Origin: an uncultured Chthonomonadaceae bacterium
Lineage (GTDB): Bacteria > Armatimonadota > Chthonomonadetes > Chthonomonadales > Chthonomonadaceae
Assembly (NCBI GenBank): GCA_963835065.1
Contig: CAWIEK010000034.1
Span: 26,970 to 90,969 of the forward strand
Reading direction: 5' to 3'
DNA length: 64,000 nt
Below are positions 54,543-64,000 of this stretch, one piece after another. Every line of letters starts with the position of its first letter. Position 1 is the stretch's first letter. The translations under genes and the position numbers were made by a program. A model generated the notes under the pieces. That model saw nothing but the letters and a program-made list of their open reading frames with translations. It searched no databases and was not told the DNA's origin.

Positions 54543-55457
54543 TCAGCGGGGCGGATAGAGAAATTGCAGCATGTCGCCGACGCGGGCAGCCCATGCCGCT
54601 TCGTTGTGTTCCGCGCCCTCGGCTTCCACGTACTGTAAATCCCGGCTCAATTGCCAGCCATCGGCAAGCAGGGCGTCGCGGAGCAGGCGCGCGTCCTCCA
54701 CGTTTTGCTGCCAGTCTTCCTGTCTTCCCTCATGCGTTCCCATGTCCAGCCAGATGCGCAGGCGCGGCTTGAAACGCAAACCCCGCGCCTGCCGGATAAT
54801 AGCCTGTTCATCCCACCAGGCGGATGGCGACACAATTGCCAGTTTGCCGAACACGCGCGGGTATTTCAGCCCCAGGTACAGCGATACCAGCCCGCCAAGT
54901 GACGAGCCGCCTAACCCCGTGTTGGCGGCATCCCGGCGAGTCCGGTACGTTTTGTCAATGAAGGGTTTCAGTTCCTCGACCAGCATGCGCCCGTAAGCGT
55001 CCGCGCCGCCGCCGCGTCCCTGTTTGTCCCGCGTGGGCGTGTATTCGGCCATGCGCTGTTCGCCGACATTGTAAATTCCAACGACAATCAAGGGCTGGAT
55101 TTTGCCGCTTTCGATCAGTTGCTGCGCCGTCTCGTCCACGCGCCACTCCTGCCCCGCAATAAAGGACGTTGCGCCATCAAACAGGTTTTGTCCGTCGTGA
55201 AGATACAGAACGGGGTAGCGGGCGTGGCGGTTCCGCTCGTAATCGGGGGGCAGGTACACAAGTATGTCCCGGTCCTGCGACAAAAAACGCGAATGGAACT
55301 GCGCGTGGGTTTGGATGCGCCCCGTCAGCGTGTGCGCCCTGCCCGGCGACGCTTCCTGCCGCCCTCCCCGCGCCGCGCGATGAAACGCCACCAGCGATAT
55401 AATCAGCAGAAGCCGCACCAGCCCTTGAAACAATACGCTCGTCCTCCCACGCAGCAT
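54543..55457 (-). CDS. alpha/beta-hydrolase esterase (Fes/IroE-like)
   Basis: YPVLYLHDGQN, GGSSLGG, HNEAAW. Confidence 0.9.
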   Translation of the reverse strand: MLRGRTSVLFQGLVRLLLIISLVAFHRAARGGRQEASPGRAHTLTGRIQTHAQFHSRFLSQDRDILVYLPPDYERNRHARYPVLYLHDGQNLFDGATSFIAGQEWRVDETAQQLIESGKIQPLIVVGIYNVGEQRMAEYTPTRDKQGRGGGADAYGRMLVEELKPFIDKTYRTRRDAANTGLGGSSLGGLVSLYLGLKYPRVFGKLAIVSPSAWWDEQAIIRQARGLRFKPRLRIWLDMGTHEGRQEDWQQNVEDARLLRDALLADGWQLSRDLQYVEAEGAEHNEAAWAARVGDMLQFLYPPR

Positions 55458-55556
55458 TAACTTCACCGCGCCGCCCTTGCCTGCGTCTGCGCGGTCTTCC
55501 AACATTTCGATGTATACTGAATCCAATCCCGAAAGTTCCAGGCGGCACACCTGTTG

Positions 55557-56312
55557 TTATTTGGCAGGAGACGTTTTCAGGAAGGCAATCCACTCCGTAT
55601 TGAGGTCGTCCAGCGTTTTGCCGGTCAGGTCATGCCAGAGAGATTCTTTGTACGTGTCGGCTCGCAACGCGGTGTCGAGTTTCTTCACGAGGTCTTTGTC
55701 GTACTTGTTGGCGGTCCAATCCAGAAACGCCGCCGTTGTCCGGTAGCTGTCGCGGGCGGTGGCCTTGTCGGGGTTGGGGTGCGGGCGCTTGTCCTTTGGC
55801 TCGAAGTTGAACCAGCGCACCCAATCGGCAATGCCTTCCACAAGCCAAACCGGATCGTACTTCGGATAGCCCTGCACCACATGGGTCAATTCATGCACTA
55901 CCATGCCCAGATCGTCGGGATGCTTGCGTATCCAATCGGGCGACATGGCGATGCGCGTTCCACTGGTAGCCGCCACGCCCTTGTAATTGAAATCCATGAC
56001 CAGAGTGATTTTGCGGGGATGCTTGGGAGCCGTCACGCCCAGCAGCTCAATGATGCGCGGATACCAGTCTTTAGCCGTCGCGTCGGCTTGTTTGGCAAAC
56101 TGGCTGAGAATATCCACTTGCGAGGTATCCATCACGATCTGCGGACTGCCGGCCTGTTGTGGCTGCGAACCATCGGCCTGCTGCGCAAACGCGGGCGAGG
56201 CAAGCGCGCCCATGACAAGGACGCCGCCGAGCATCAACTGGCAAAACCGTAAGCCCGCAGAACCGCGCAAAGGGTTACGGCTTCGCGTTTTCAAACGTAT
56301 GGTAGTATTCAT
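55557..56312 (-). CDS. secreted basic-secretory-protein (BSP)-family metallopeptidase
   Basis: Signal peptide; VVHELTHVVQ..WLVEGIADWVR. Confidence 0.85.
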   Translation of the reverse strand: MNTTIRLKTRSRNPLRGSAGLRFCQLMLGGVLVMGALASPAFAQQADGSQPQQAGSPQIVMDTSQVDILSQFAKQADATAKDWYPRIIELLGVTAPKHPRKITLVMDFNYKGVAATSGTRIAMSPDWIRKHPDDLGMVVHELTHVVQGYPKYDPVWLVEGIADWVRWFNFEPKDKRPHPNPDKATARDSYRTTAAFLDWTANKYDKDLVKKLDTALRADTYKESLWHDLTGKTLDDLNTEWIAFLKTSPAK

Positions 56313-56618
56313 AGTAGTTTTCAATGTAAAGAAACCTTCTTTCACTGCCGACGCGCCATTTCCGGCTTGTTGTTTTCCGCCAATGGAAACGATAGCAGCG
56401 TTTGATATTTAGGGTAATGTTCTGGTACAGCCTGCGCGGCTACAATTCGCTTTCAGTGGCAGACTTCCCTTCTTCTGACATTTACGGCTTAAATTTGCGG
56501 CAGGAACCCTTATCGTTCGCGTCGAATTATACCCTGTTGTGTGGCGGGAATACAGCCTGCGTGACCTGAGTTTCGCCTGCCACTATAGCAAACAGCGATT
56601 TACCGAGGAGAACCCTCT

Positions 56619-57416
56619 ATGACAGCCACCATTCCACCTGCTCGTTCTTCCCGGCGTCCGCGCAGTGAAGACGACTTTTACCCGACAAGCGACGGCAAAC
56701 CGATGGCGGAAACCGAACTGCACCTGCACCAGATGTTCTACCTGATCAACGGTTTAGCCGCGCGTTACGTGGACGATCCCAATGTCTATGTGTGCGGCAA
56801 CAACTTCCTGTACTATGAGAAAGGCAACCCCCGCGCTGTCGTGTCGCCGGACTGCTATGTCGTTTTCGGCGTTCCCAAACTCGTGCGCGACACGTTCAAA
56901 GTATGGGAAGAAAATGGCAGAACGCCGGACGTTATTTTCGAGATCACTTCAAAGAAAACGAAAAAAGAAGATACCAACACCAAGCGTCCTGTTTATGAGC
57001 GTATCCTGCGCGTATCCGAGTATTTCCTGTTCGATCCTACCGGGGATTACCTGCGTCCGTCCCTACAGGGCTACCGCCTTGTGGAAGGCCGCTACGAAAG
57101 TATTCCTGTCATAGAAGGCAAAATGCGCAGCGAACAACTGGGCGTTGATCTGGTACAGGAAGGCAAAACCCTGCGCGTGTTCGATCCCGTTCGTGGCGTT
57201 GTGCTGCTCACGCCTATCCAGGCCATGCAGCGCGTGGAACTGGAAGCCAAACGCGCTGAACTGGAAGCGCAACGCGCCGAATTAGAAGGTTTGCGCGCGC
57301 GCCAAGAAGAAGAACGCGCAAATGAAGAAGCGCAACGCGCCGAAAGCGCTGAAGCGGAAAACGCGCGGCTGCGCGCGGAACTGGCGATGCTGCGCGAGGG
57401 CAAGCAGCCGTCCTGA
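56619..57416 (+). CDS. Uma2-family endonuclease with coiled-coil tail
   Basis: YPTSDGKPMAE, SPDCYV, FEITS, EYFLFDP. Confidence 0.92.
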   Translation: MTATIPPARSSRRPRSEDDFYPTSDGKPMAETELHLHQMFYLINGLAARYVDDPNVYVCGNNFLYYEKGNPRAVVSPDCYVVFGVPKLVRDTFKVWEENGRTPDVIFEITSKKTKKEDTNTKRPVYERILRVSEYFLFDPTGDYLRPSLQGYRLVEGRYESIPVIEGKMRSEQLGVDLVQEGKTLRVFDPVRGVVLLTPIQAMQRVELEAKRAELEAQRAELEGLRARQEEERANEEAQRAESAEAENARLRAELAMLREGKQPS

Positions 57417-57542
57417 AATGGTGAAAGCGTCAGGAGCGCGGCTTTGAGCGCGAACACATTTTAACAGGCGGAATTTAGCGCTTTGCAAGCGCCTGTTGGA
57501 TGGCATGAAAATTTTAAAGGTAATCTGGAGGAGCAGGACTGC

Positions 57543-58598
57543 ATGTTAAGTCGAGACGCCGATTCGTGCTATTGGATTGGACGCTATGTGGAACGGGCGG
57601 AAGCGACCGCGCGCATGGTGGACGTGCATTACCATGCCGCTCTGGAGTCGCCCCTGTCGCCCCTGCGCGACGGCGATACGGACAGCGAACTCAGCACCCT
57701 GCGCTGGCAGTCTATTCTGGCGATTTCCGGCAGCGGCGAAGCGTTCCACAGGCGGTATGAGGATGAAACCGACCGGAACGTTTTGTACTATTTCGCCTTC
57801 GATCCCGACCATCCCAACGCCATTCTGACCGTCTGGAAAAAGGCGCGGGAAAACGCCCGCTGCATCCGCGAACAGATCGCGTCGGAAATGTGGGAAAGCC
57901 TGAATGTCTCGTATCTGCAACTGCGCGAGTGGGATGTGGATCGCGTGCTGGCAAGCGGCCCGCACGAGTTTTTTCAAACGGTCAAGGACGCTTCGCATTT
58001 GCTGCAAGGCATCCTTAACCGCACGATGCTGATGAGCGAAGCCCGCGACTGGCTGGACACAGGACGCTTTCTGGAGCGCGCTGACCAGACCGCCCGCCTG
58101 CTGGACGTGAAATACCATGACCTGCTGCCGCCCTATCAGCATCCCGAAGCCAATTCCCCATCCGGCAATCCTGCCGAAGCCGTTACCCGCGCTGAGCCGC
58201 CCACTCTGAGCGCGTATGGCGTGGGCGGCGCCCTGGATATGCACGGCTGGATCGCCGTCCTCAAATCCGTCAGCGCGTTTGAAATGTTCCGGAAAACACA
58301 CCAGGATGGAATTACGCCCGCGCATGTGGTAGACTTTCTGGTACTCAACCCGCGCTTTCCCGCTTCCGTGCGGCATGGCATCGGGCGCGTCGAAGGCTGC
58401 CTGCGCCGCATCAGCGGCAATCAGGGCGAGGAACCTTCTACGGAACCGGAACGTCTGTTAGGGCGGCTCCGCGCCGACCTGACCTATTCGCAGCCCAAAG
58501 AGATTATCCGGGACGGCCTGCACGAGTTTTTAGAAGACGTTCAGACACGCTGCGCCGCCATAGGCAACACCATTACGCGCACGTATCTGTCGTATTGA
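57543..58598 (+). CDS. alpha-E domain protein (DUF403)
   Basis: MLSR.A..YWIGRYVERAE..AR, GRFLERADQTARLLDVKY. Confidence 0.92.
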   Translation: MLSRDADSCYWIGRYVERAEATARMVDVHYHAALESPLSPLRDGDTDSELSTLRWQSILAISGSGEAFHRRYEDETDRNVLYYFAFDPDHPNAILTVWKKARENARCIREQIASEMWESLNVSYLQLREWDVDRVLASGPHEFFQTVKDASHLLQGILNRTMLMSEARDWLDTGRFLERADQTARLLDVKYHDLLPPYQHPEANSPSGNPAEAVTRAEPPTLSAYGVGGALDMHGWIAVLKSVSAFEMFRKTHQDGITPAHVVDFLVLNPRFPASVRHGIGRVEGCLRRISGNQGEEPSTEPERLLGRLRADLTYSQPKEIIRDGLHEFLEDVQTRCAAIGNTITRTYLSY

Positions 58599-58704
58599 GG
58601 AGGCATCAGGCATTAGGCATCAGGCATTAGAAACGTGCTTCAGGGATCAGCGCAACACCTTCGATGGGAGGCGCTATCTTGGTTTCGCTAATGCCTAATG
58701 CCTA

Positions 58705-59760
58705 ATGCCTGATGCCTTCCCGAAGGAATTGCCCTTGCGCCTGCGCGTACTCCATGCGACCCGGTATCTCTATCCCACGCCGGCAAGCAACAGCTACAAC
58801 GAGGCGCGTCTGATGCCGCTCAGTGACGCGGATCAGACCTGCCTGGATTTTCGTTTGAGCGTCACTCCTTCTGTGCGCGTTTTCGCTTATGACGCGCCCT
58901 GGGGACGGGTGCATCATTTCAATTGCCGCGCGCCGCATCGGGAACTCAACATCAGGGCGGAAGCGCTAGTCGTCACGCAAAGCGCGAACCCGTTCGCGCA
59001 ATTACAGCTTGTGGCGGATGACCGCGACTTTTATGCTCGTCCCGACGTGCGGCAGCGCTATTACGAGTATCTTCAGCCGACCGCCCGTGTGCCGCTTGCC
59101 CCTGAAACCGACCGCATCGCCGCTGTAGCGCGCAAGCAGGCGGGCGTGGGAACGGCTTCCTTTCTCATCGCCCTGACGCGCCTGCTGCATCGCGCCTTCA
59201 TCTTTGCGCCCGGCAGCACAACCATCCACACGTCTTTAATGGAAGTTCTGGAAAACAAGCAGGGCGTGTGCCAGGACTTTGCGCACCTGATGTTGAGCGT
59301 GTGCCGCCGGCAGGGCATTCCTGCCCGTTATGTAAGCGGATATTTGTATACGGGGGAACACGCGCCCATTGGCGGCGGCGAAGCGGGAGCCGGTCGCAGT
59401 TTGGAGCAGGGAGGCAAGGGAACGCTTGTGGATGTCGCGCCGGATGCCGCCGGACTGCGCAACGAGGTAAAGAACGACGTAAAGACAGAAAGCGAGAACG
59501 AAGCCGAAGCCGAAGGTACGCCTGAAGAAGAACTGGTGGGCGGCAACGCCATGCATGCCTGGGTCGAGTGCCTGATGCCCAACGAGCAGTGGCGCGGCTT
59601 CGATCCCACGAATAACCTTGTCACCAACGATTGGTATATCAAGTCGCACTATGGCCGCGATTACGGCGACGTGCTGCCCATACGCGGTCTGTATCGCGGT
59701 CCCTCCGCAAACACCATGGACGTAGCCGTTCACGTTCGCCGCGAACCCGACCGGCAATAA
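58705..59760 (+). CDS. transglutaminase-like protein
   Basis: H.T.Y.Y N-domain, GVCQDFAH, ARYVSGY, HAW, FDPTN, GRDY.DV; exact start uncertain. Confidence 0.92.
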   Translation: MPDAFPKELPLRLRVLHATRYLYPTPASNSYNEARLMPLSDADQTCLDFRLSVTPSVRVFAYDAPWGRVHHFNCRAPHRELNIRAEALVVTQSANPFAQLQLVADDRDFYARPDVRQRYYEYLQPTARVPLAPETDRIAAVARKQAGVGTASFLIALTRLLHRAFIFAPGSTTIHTSLMEVLENKQGVCQDFAHLMLSVCRRQGIPARYVSGYLYTGEHAPIGGGEAGAGRSLEQGGKGTLVDVAPDAAGLRNEVKNDVKTESENEAEAEGTPEEELVGGNAMHAWVECLMPNEQWRGFDPTNNLVTNDWYIKSHYGRDYGDVLPIRGLYRGPSANTMDVAVHVRREPDRQ

Positions 59761-59763
59761 GCA

Positions 59764-59801
59764 AACGCCGACGCAACGAACCTGTTGCGTCGGCGTTTTT
59801 T
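59764..59801 (+). terminator. intrinsic terminator
   Basis: AACGCCGACGCAAC-GAACCT-GTTGCGTCGGCGTT followed by a T-run. Confidence 0.8.
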
Positions 59802-59965
59802 AGTACATCGCGGCGTAAATCTGCCTACGGTCGCCGCATAGTGAACGCCCCGTCTAATGGGCCTACGGCCAGCCGCTCTGCGACCGGAAAACTATTGGTC
59901 TATTTACGCCGCAATGTACGCATTGAACCGAACTGCCCTGACTCCTGGCCCCTGACTCCTGATCC

Positions 59966-61525
59966 CTACTTCGGTATATGCCACGTCTGCCCGCTGGCAA
60001 GCAGATTGGCGGCGGCGGCAGGTCCCCAGGTTCCCGCCGCGTAGTTGGGGAACAGCGGGCAGGACAGGTCGCGCCAGGCGTCCATGATGGGCGTGATGAT
60101 TCCCCACGCGGCTTCCACCTCGTCATTGCGCGTGAACAGGGCCGCGTCGCCGCGAATGGCGTCAATAATCAGCCGCTCGTAAGCGTCACGGATGGGCACG
60201 TTGAAGGCCGCGCCGTACTGGAAATTCATCTGCACGGACTGAATGTGCATTTCCGGGCCGGGAACTTTGCTGCTGATTTCCATCGAAGCGCCCTCGTCCG
60301 GCTGGATGCGCAGGGTGAGCGTATTGGGCTGAATGTTGGCATACGCCATACGCGCAAACAGCACTTCGGGCACGGACTTGAAGAAGATTTTCACTTCCGT
60401 CACGCGCTTGGGCATCCGCTTGCCCGCCTGCACGTAAAACGGGACGCCCGACCAGCGCCAGTTTTCAATGTCGAAGCGAAATGCGGAGTACGTGTCGGTT
60501 GTGGACTCCGGGGCAACGCCCTCTTCCTCGCGGTAGCCCGGAACCGCTTCGGTTTTGTCCTTACCCTGCATGGTTCCCGGCCCATACTGCCCGCGCACCG
60601 TGTAGTTCGCCACATCGTCCGGCGTGAATGGGCGTATGGCTTTGAGAACCTTCACCTTTTCGTCGCGTATGGCGTCTGCGGTCAAGGCGACGGGCGGTTC
60701 CATCGCAATCAGGGTCAGCACTTGCAGCGCGTGGTTCTGCACGATGTCGCGTGTGATGCCCGCGTGTTCAAAGTACCCGCCCCGGCCTTCCAGACCGATG
60801 CTTTCCGCCACCGTGATCTGCACGTGATCAATGTAGTTCTTGTTGAACAGCGGCTCGAATATCTGGTTGGCGAAGCGCAGCACGAGAATGTTCTGCACGG
60901 TTTCTTTGCCAAGATAGTGGTCAATGCGGAACACCTGATTTTCGGCAAACACGCCGCCAAGTTCTTTGTTCAGGGCGCGGGCGGAATCGAGGTCAATCCC
61001 GAACGGTTTTTCAATGATGATGCGCGACCAGCCTCCCTCGCGGCGTGGTTTGTTCAAGCCCGCTTCGCCGAGTTTCTGGATAATCATGCTGAAGTTGTCG
61101 GGCGGCGTGGCGAGATAGAACAAATGGTTGCCGCCCAGGTCGCGCTCCTGATCCAACTGCGTCAGCCGTTCGGCAAGCCGCTTATACCCTTCCACATCAT
61201 CGAAAGAGGATTTCAGGTAAAACAGGCTGTTAGCGAACTTGTCCCATTCCGCGCCTTCAGACGGCAGTTTGGGCGCGAATTCTTTGATCGCCGCCTGCAT
61301 GTCCTTGCGAAAATCGTCATCGGTCTTGTCCCGGCGCGCAAACGCGATGATGACAAAGTTCTTGGGCAGCAGGTTCTGCGTGGACAGGCTGTACAGCGCC
61401 GGGATGATCTTGCGGTGCGTCAGGTCGCCCGTCGCGCCGTACAGCACAAACGCGCAGGGCGGCGGCGCGTTGTCGGCAGGTTCCGTCAGGTGTTGCATTG
61501 CGGCAGGCACTGTCATGGTATCCAT
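59966..61525 (-). CDS. zwf: glucose-6-phosphate 1-dehydrogenase
   Basis: GATGDL, EKPFG, RIDHYLGKE, RDIVQNH, AYERL. Confidence 0.97.
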   Translation of the reverse strand: MDTMTVPAAMQHLTEPADNAPPPCAFVLYGATGDLTHRKIIPALYSLSTQNLLPKNFVIIAFARRDKTDDDFRKDMQAAIKEFAPKLPSEGAEWDKFANSLFYLKSSFDDVEGYKRLAERLTQLDQERDLGGNHLFYLATPPDNFSMIIQKLGEAGLNKPRREGGWSRIIIEKPFGIDLDSARALNKELGGVFAENQVFRIDHYLGKETVQNILVLRFANQIFEPLFNKNYIDHVQITVAESIGLEGRGGYFEHAGITRDIVQNHALQVLTLIAMEPPVALTADAIRDEKVKVLKAIRPFTPDDVANYTVRGQYGPGTMQGKDKTEAVPGYREEEGVAPESTTDTYSAFRFDIENWRWSGVPFYVQAGKRMPKRVTEVKIFFKSVPEVLFARMAYANIQPNTLTLRIQPDEGASMEISSKVPGPEMHIQSVQMNFQYGAAFNVPIRDAYERLIIDAIRGDAALFTRNDEVEAAWGIITPIMDAWRDLSCPLFPNYAAGTWGPAAAANLLASGQTWHIPK

Positions 61526-61587
61526 CTTTAGCTTCTCCTTCAATAGATAAGTTACTTTCACAGGTTCAACAGTTACACCGTAAATTT

Positions 61588-62697
61588 CTAATCTTGCTCA
61601 GAAACAACGTCTGTATTGTTGCCCTTACGGTTATTCATGCTTGAGTTCGTCGTTTTAGCTGACACGGCTTTCTTGGCGTCTGCTTCCTTACTCGGAGTTG
61701 AAAGTAAAGAAGGTGTTTGATTTCCAACATGAATCAGGTATTGCAGCATCTGCGTGATAGCCAACTCTTTTTGTCGATCTCTCGCATCTGCCGAAGTAAT
61801 CGTTTCAGCGACCAGCATAATCTGAATAATCCAGTCACACTTCAGCATGTTTTCATTATGAAGCTTGTACGAATCGTCCGCATCTTTTTTATACTGAGCG
61901 AAGAGACGTTGCGCCGCTAAGGATACAATACTTGAAATCTCGGTTACTACTCCTGCTGTCGTTTTGCCAAACATAAGAAAGAGAACACCCATTAGTATCA
62001 CACCGAAACCAGCCCACACAGCATACAAACTGGCATTCGACCATTTTCTCGCCTCCTGCCTTGCGTACTCTCTATCTCCTTTGATACTTTCCTGCCTGTG
62101 ATGGGCTTGTTCTCTTAAGTGAACTGTTGCCTGACTTTGGCCTGCATCCAATATCCTCTCTTGAGAAACAAGAGCTGCTCCACGCAACGTACTCAGAGCG
62201 ACACTGTTGAAGGAGTAGACGCCAGAGCGAATTGAAAAGAAGTCAGGAGAACCTTTAGAAATTGCATCAAGTACATAGTTCGGCGTCCAGAGTACAAGAG
62301 GACATGGCACAATCTCACTGAACTGATCTCGTGACGTGTTCAAGTTTGCAATCAGAGGTTTAGAAGAAAGATCAGATGTATTCGTAATACTATATTCAAG
62401 CCCGGATACAAACACACTATCAGGGAGTGGCGGTTTAAGGCGTTTACTTAGCTCATCAAGTAAATGAGCAATTTCGGTGTCGAAGCCTACCTCACGTATT
62501 TGTACATTTGGCAGTTGAGTTTGCAGTGCAGCAAACAGGCGCTGACGGTGTTCCGGCTGGTTACAGCGCACAAAGTACAACTGAAACCCGGTTGCCATTC
62601 TTAACGATTGTGCTAAGGCTTGTAAGTCACTTTGTTCCTCTACTTCCGTTGGTTGGAGAGCATGAGAAGTATCAAACGGGTTAGATAATCCGCTCAC
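61588..62697 (-). CDS. ATPase-associated protein with C-terminal 2TM module (TRADD-N-associated-like)
   Basis: FVRCN..FVSGLE..LN.SRD..PLVLW..PDFFS.RSGVY; then Y...A..W..AS..GFGVI..AGVV..I; GTG start abuts the upstream stop. Confidence 0.65.
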   Translation of the reverse strand: MSGLSNPFDTSHALQPTEVEEQSDLQALAQSLRMATGFQLYFVRCNQPEHRQRLFAALQTQLPNVQIREVGFDTEIAHLLDELSKRLKPPLPDSVFVSGLEYSITNTSDLSSKPLIANLNTSRDQFSEIVPCPLVLWTPNYVLDAISKGSPDFFSIRSGVYSFNSVALSTLRGAALVSQERILDAGQSQATVHLREQAHHRQESIKGDREYARQEARKWSNASLYAVWAGFGVILMGVLFLMFGKTTAGVVTEISSIVSLAAQRLFAQYKKDADDSYKLHNENMLKCDWIIQIMLVAETITSADARDRQKELAITQMLQYLIHVGNQTPSLLSTPSKEADAKKAVSAKTTNSSMNNRKGNNTDVVSEQD

Positions 62698-64000
62698 CTA
62701 ACGCTCCTCCAACTCTCGAACAGCGGACTTGAATTTACCTAATTCACGAACAATGGGATTTACGGCCCACCATACTTCACCAGAACCGAAAGGATTTTCT
62801 TCGGAAGGTCCCTCGTAATACTCTAAGATGCTCAAATTATCTAACATCATCAGGTAGTCGGGGTCATCTCCAACAAAAAAATGACCCTTGGATGAGAGAT
62901 CAAGTTGAGCCAGTTTTTTCCAGTGACTTTCCGGTATTGATGTGCTGTACGCTGTAACAACTTCACGAATTGCTTGATGCGCTGCCTTCAATGGGATTGG
63001 AACGGTATCGGCGTAGACACATGAATTTTTTATGAACATCATCAAACTGCGAATGTGTCCCCCACTATACATCATCAAAAAGTCCAGCGCGTCAGGACTG
63101 AATGCTTGCTCTAAAGGTACGTCTTGTAGACGTTTTTGAAGCAAAGCTTTCAAACAGTCAAGGCCTACTACCGAAGGCGTTCGCGTGTATCGCTCTATTA
63201 CCCTGACCATCGGCAAAACGAATGTGCCATCATACTGATGATGCAGACGGGCGCTTTCGTGATGGCGCAGCAATCTCAAGGGAGCAGTATAAACAAAATG
63301 AGCAGCTAACTTTGTCAATTGTGGTGCCCATTCGATGAAGAGTTCGCGTTCTAAATCCACGCCCTCCACGAACCCTGTAACACGTCTTATCTTTTCCAGA
63401 TTGTCTACTATAAACACAATGTCATCGTAGGCCCTGCCTTTCAATATAATTCGTGCCTGATGCACAGCAGTATTGGTGGCTTCCAACAATGTACTGGTCT
63501 GCGGAGAGAGAGAAGCACGGATTTGTTTGCGAGTATAAGGATCACGTTTTACCCGCTTCAGTGCCTCGCTCATCTGATGTTCAGGGGTGTCAACTTCTCC
63601 TTTGATAAAATCTCGAAACAATAACGACTTCATATCCTCTAGTATCTTTCCAAAATGGTTGTCGTTAATATAAACTTGGCATCGTTCTCGGAATTGAACT
63701 CCCAGTTCTAGACAATGCTTAATAGCAAATCGGTGAAAGCCAGATCATAATCGTCTACGTAGTCACTTACGTTGATTAAAACGGTAAAGTATCGTTTTGG
63801 AGCATCTGGAAATGCCTCCATACGTCTCTGCAACTCGAAAAGTTCAGAAGACTTTCCGCACCAATGTGACCGGATACTAAGAAAGACAGATAGCTATTTG
63901 CAAGCGCAAGATGGCTTCGAAAAACATCTTGCAGTGCGCTCCCTCCTCTCGCAACCGAACAATTGGTGTAAAATTGCGAAGAAGCTGGCTCGGCAGGGTT
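62698..64000 (-). CDS. P-loop ATPase; 5' part frameshifted and running off the window (errors or pseudogene)
   Basis: Walker B FIVDNLEK and SGGHIR in ORF 62698-63633; Walker A GHIG(C)GKSSEL recoverable near 63840-63875 with a 1-nt indel. Confidence 0.7.

Noticed and set aside
9961..59970. CRISPR array interpretation of the short repeats
   Set aside because: Units are 7-8 bp in direct tandem with no regular spacers, and there are no cas genes
59978..61531. 517-aa plus-strand ORF
   Set aside because: Antisense shadow of zwf

Overview
Bacterial chromosomal window, mostly GC-rich, with short lower-GC islands. The gene content (large secreted proteins with FlgD-Ig-like tails, SecDF fusion, Uma2, heptamer intergenic repeats) is reminiscent of Armatimonadota; this is inference. 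Housekeeping backbone: cphA, recX, rny-ymdB, ltaE, rpsB-tsf-pyrH, leuD, coaE-rpsA-mutM, AI-2E transporter, secDF, cysDN, zwf. Accessory content: (i) between recX and rny, a membrane protein with a TIR/NDT-like motif, divergent from a TPR-S/SLOG-like/class III cyclase gene; (ii) after pyrH, two diverged copies of a coupled gene pair (PepSY-like protein + C39-like cysteine peptidase), each preceded by the pyrH 3' end, with a PD-(D/E)XK nuclease between them; (iii) a ~19 kb same-strand cluster (23.5-42.7 kb) in which three large secreted proteins share a ~300-aa C-terminal module and sit with two CsgG/FlgT-like proteins and an LptD-like barrel, a candidate dedicated export or surface-assembly system; (iv) a HEPN + BolA-like pair; (v) an AT-rich P-loop ATPase + 2TM-effector pair at the right edge. 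Many intergenic spaces hold inverted pairs of 7-8-bp tandem repeats and nested REP/MITE-like elements. About ten single-base frameshifts, several in housekeeping genes, suggest indel errors in the assembly. No rRNA, tRNA or CRISPR array was seen. All domain calls come from motif recognition by eye, not database searches.
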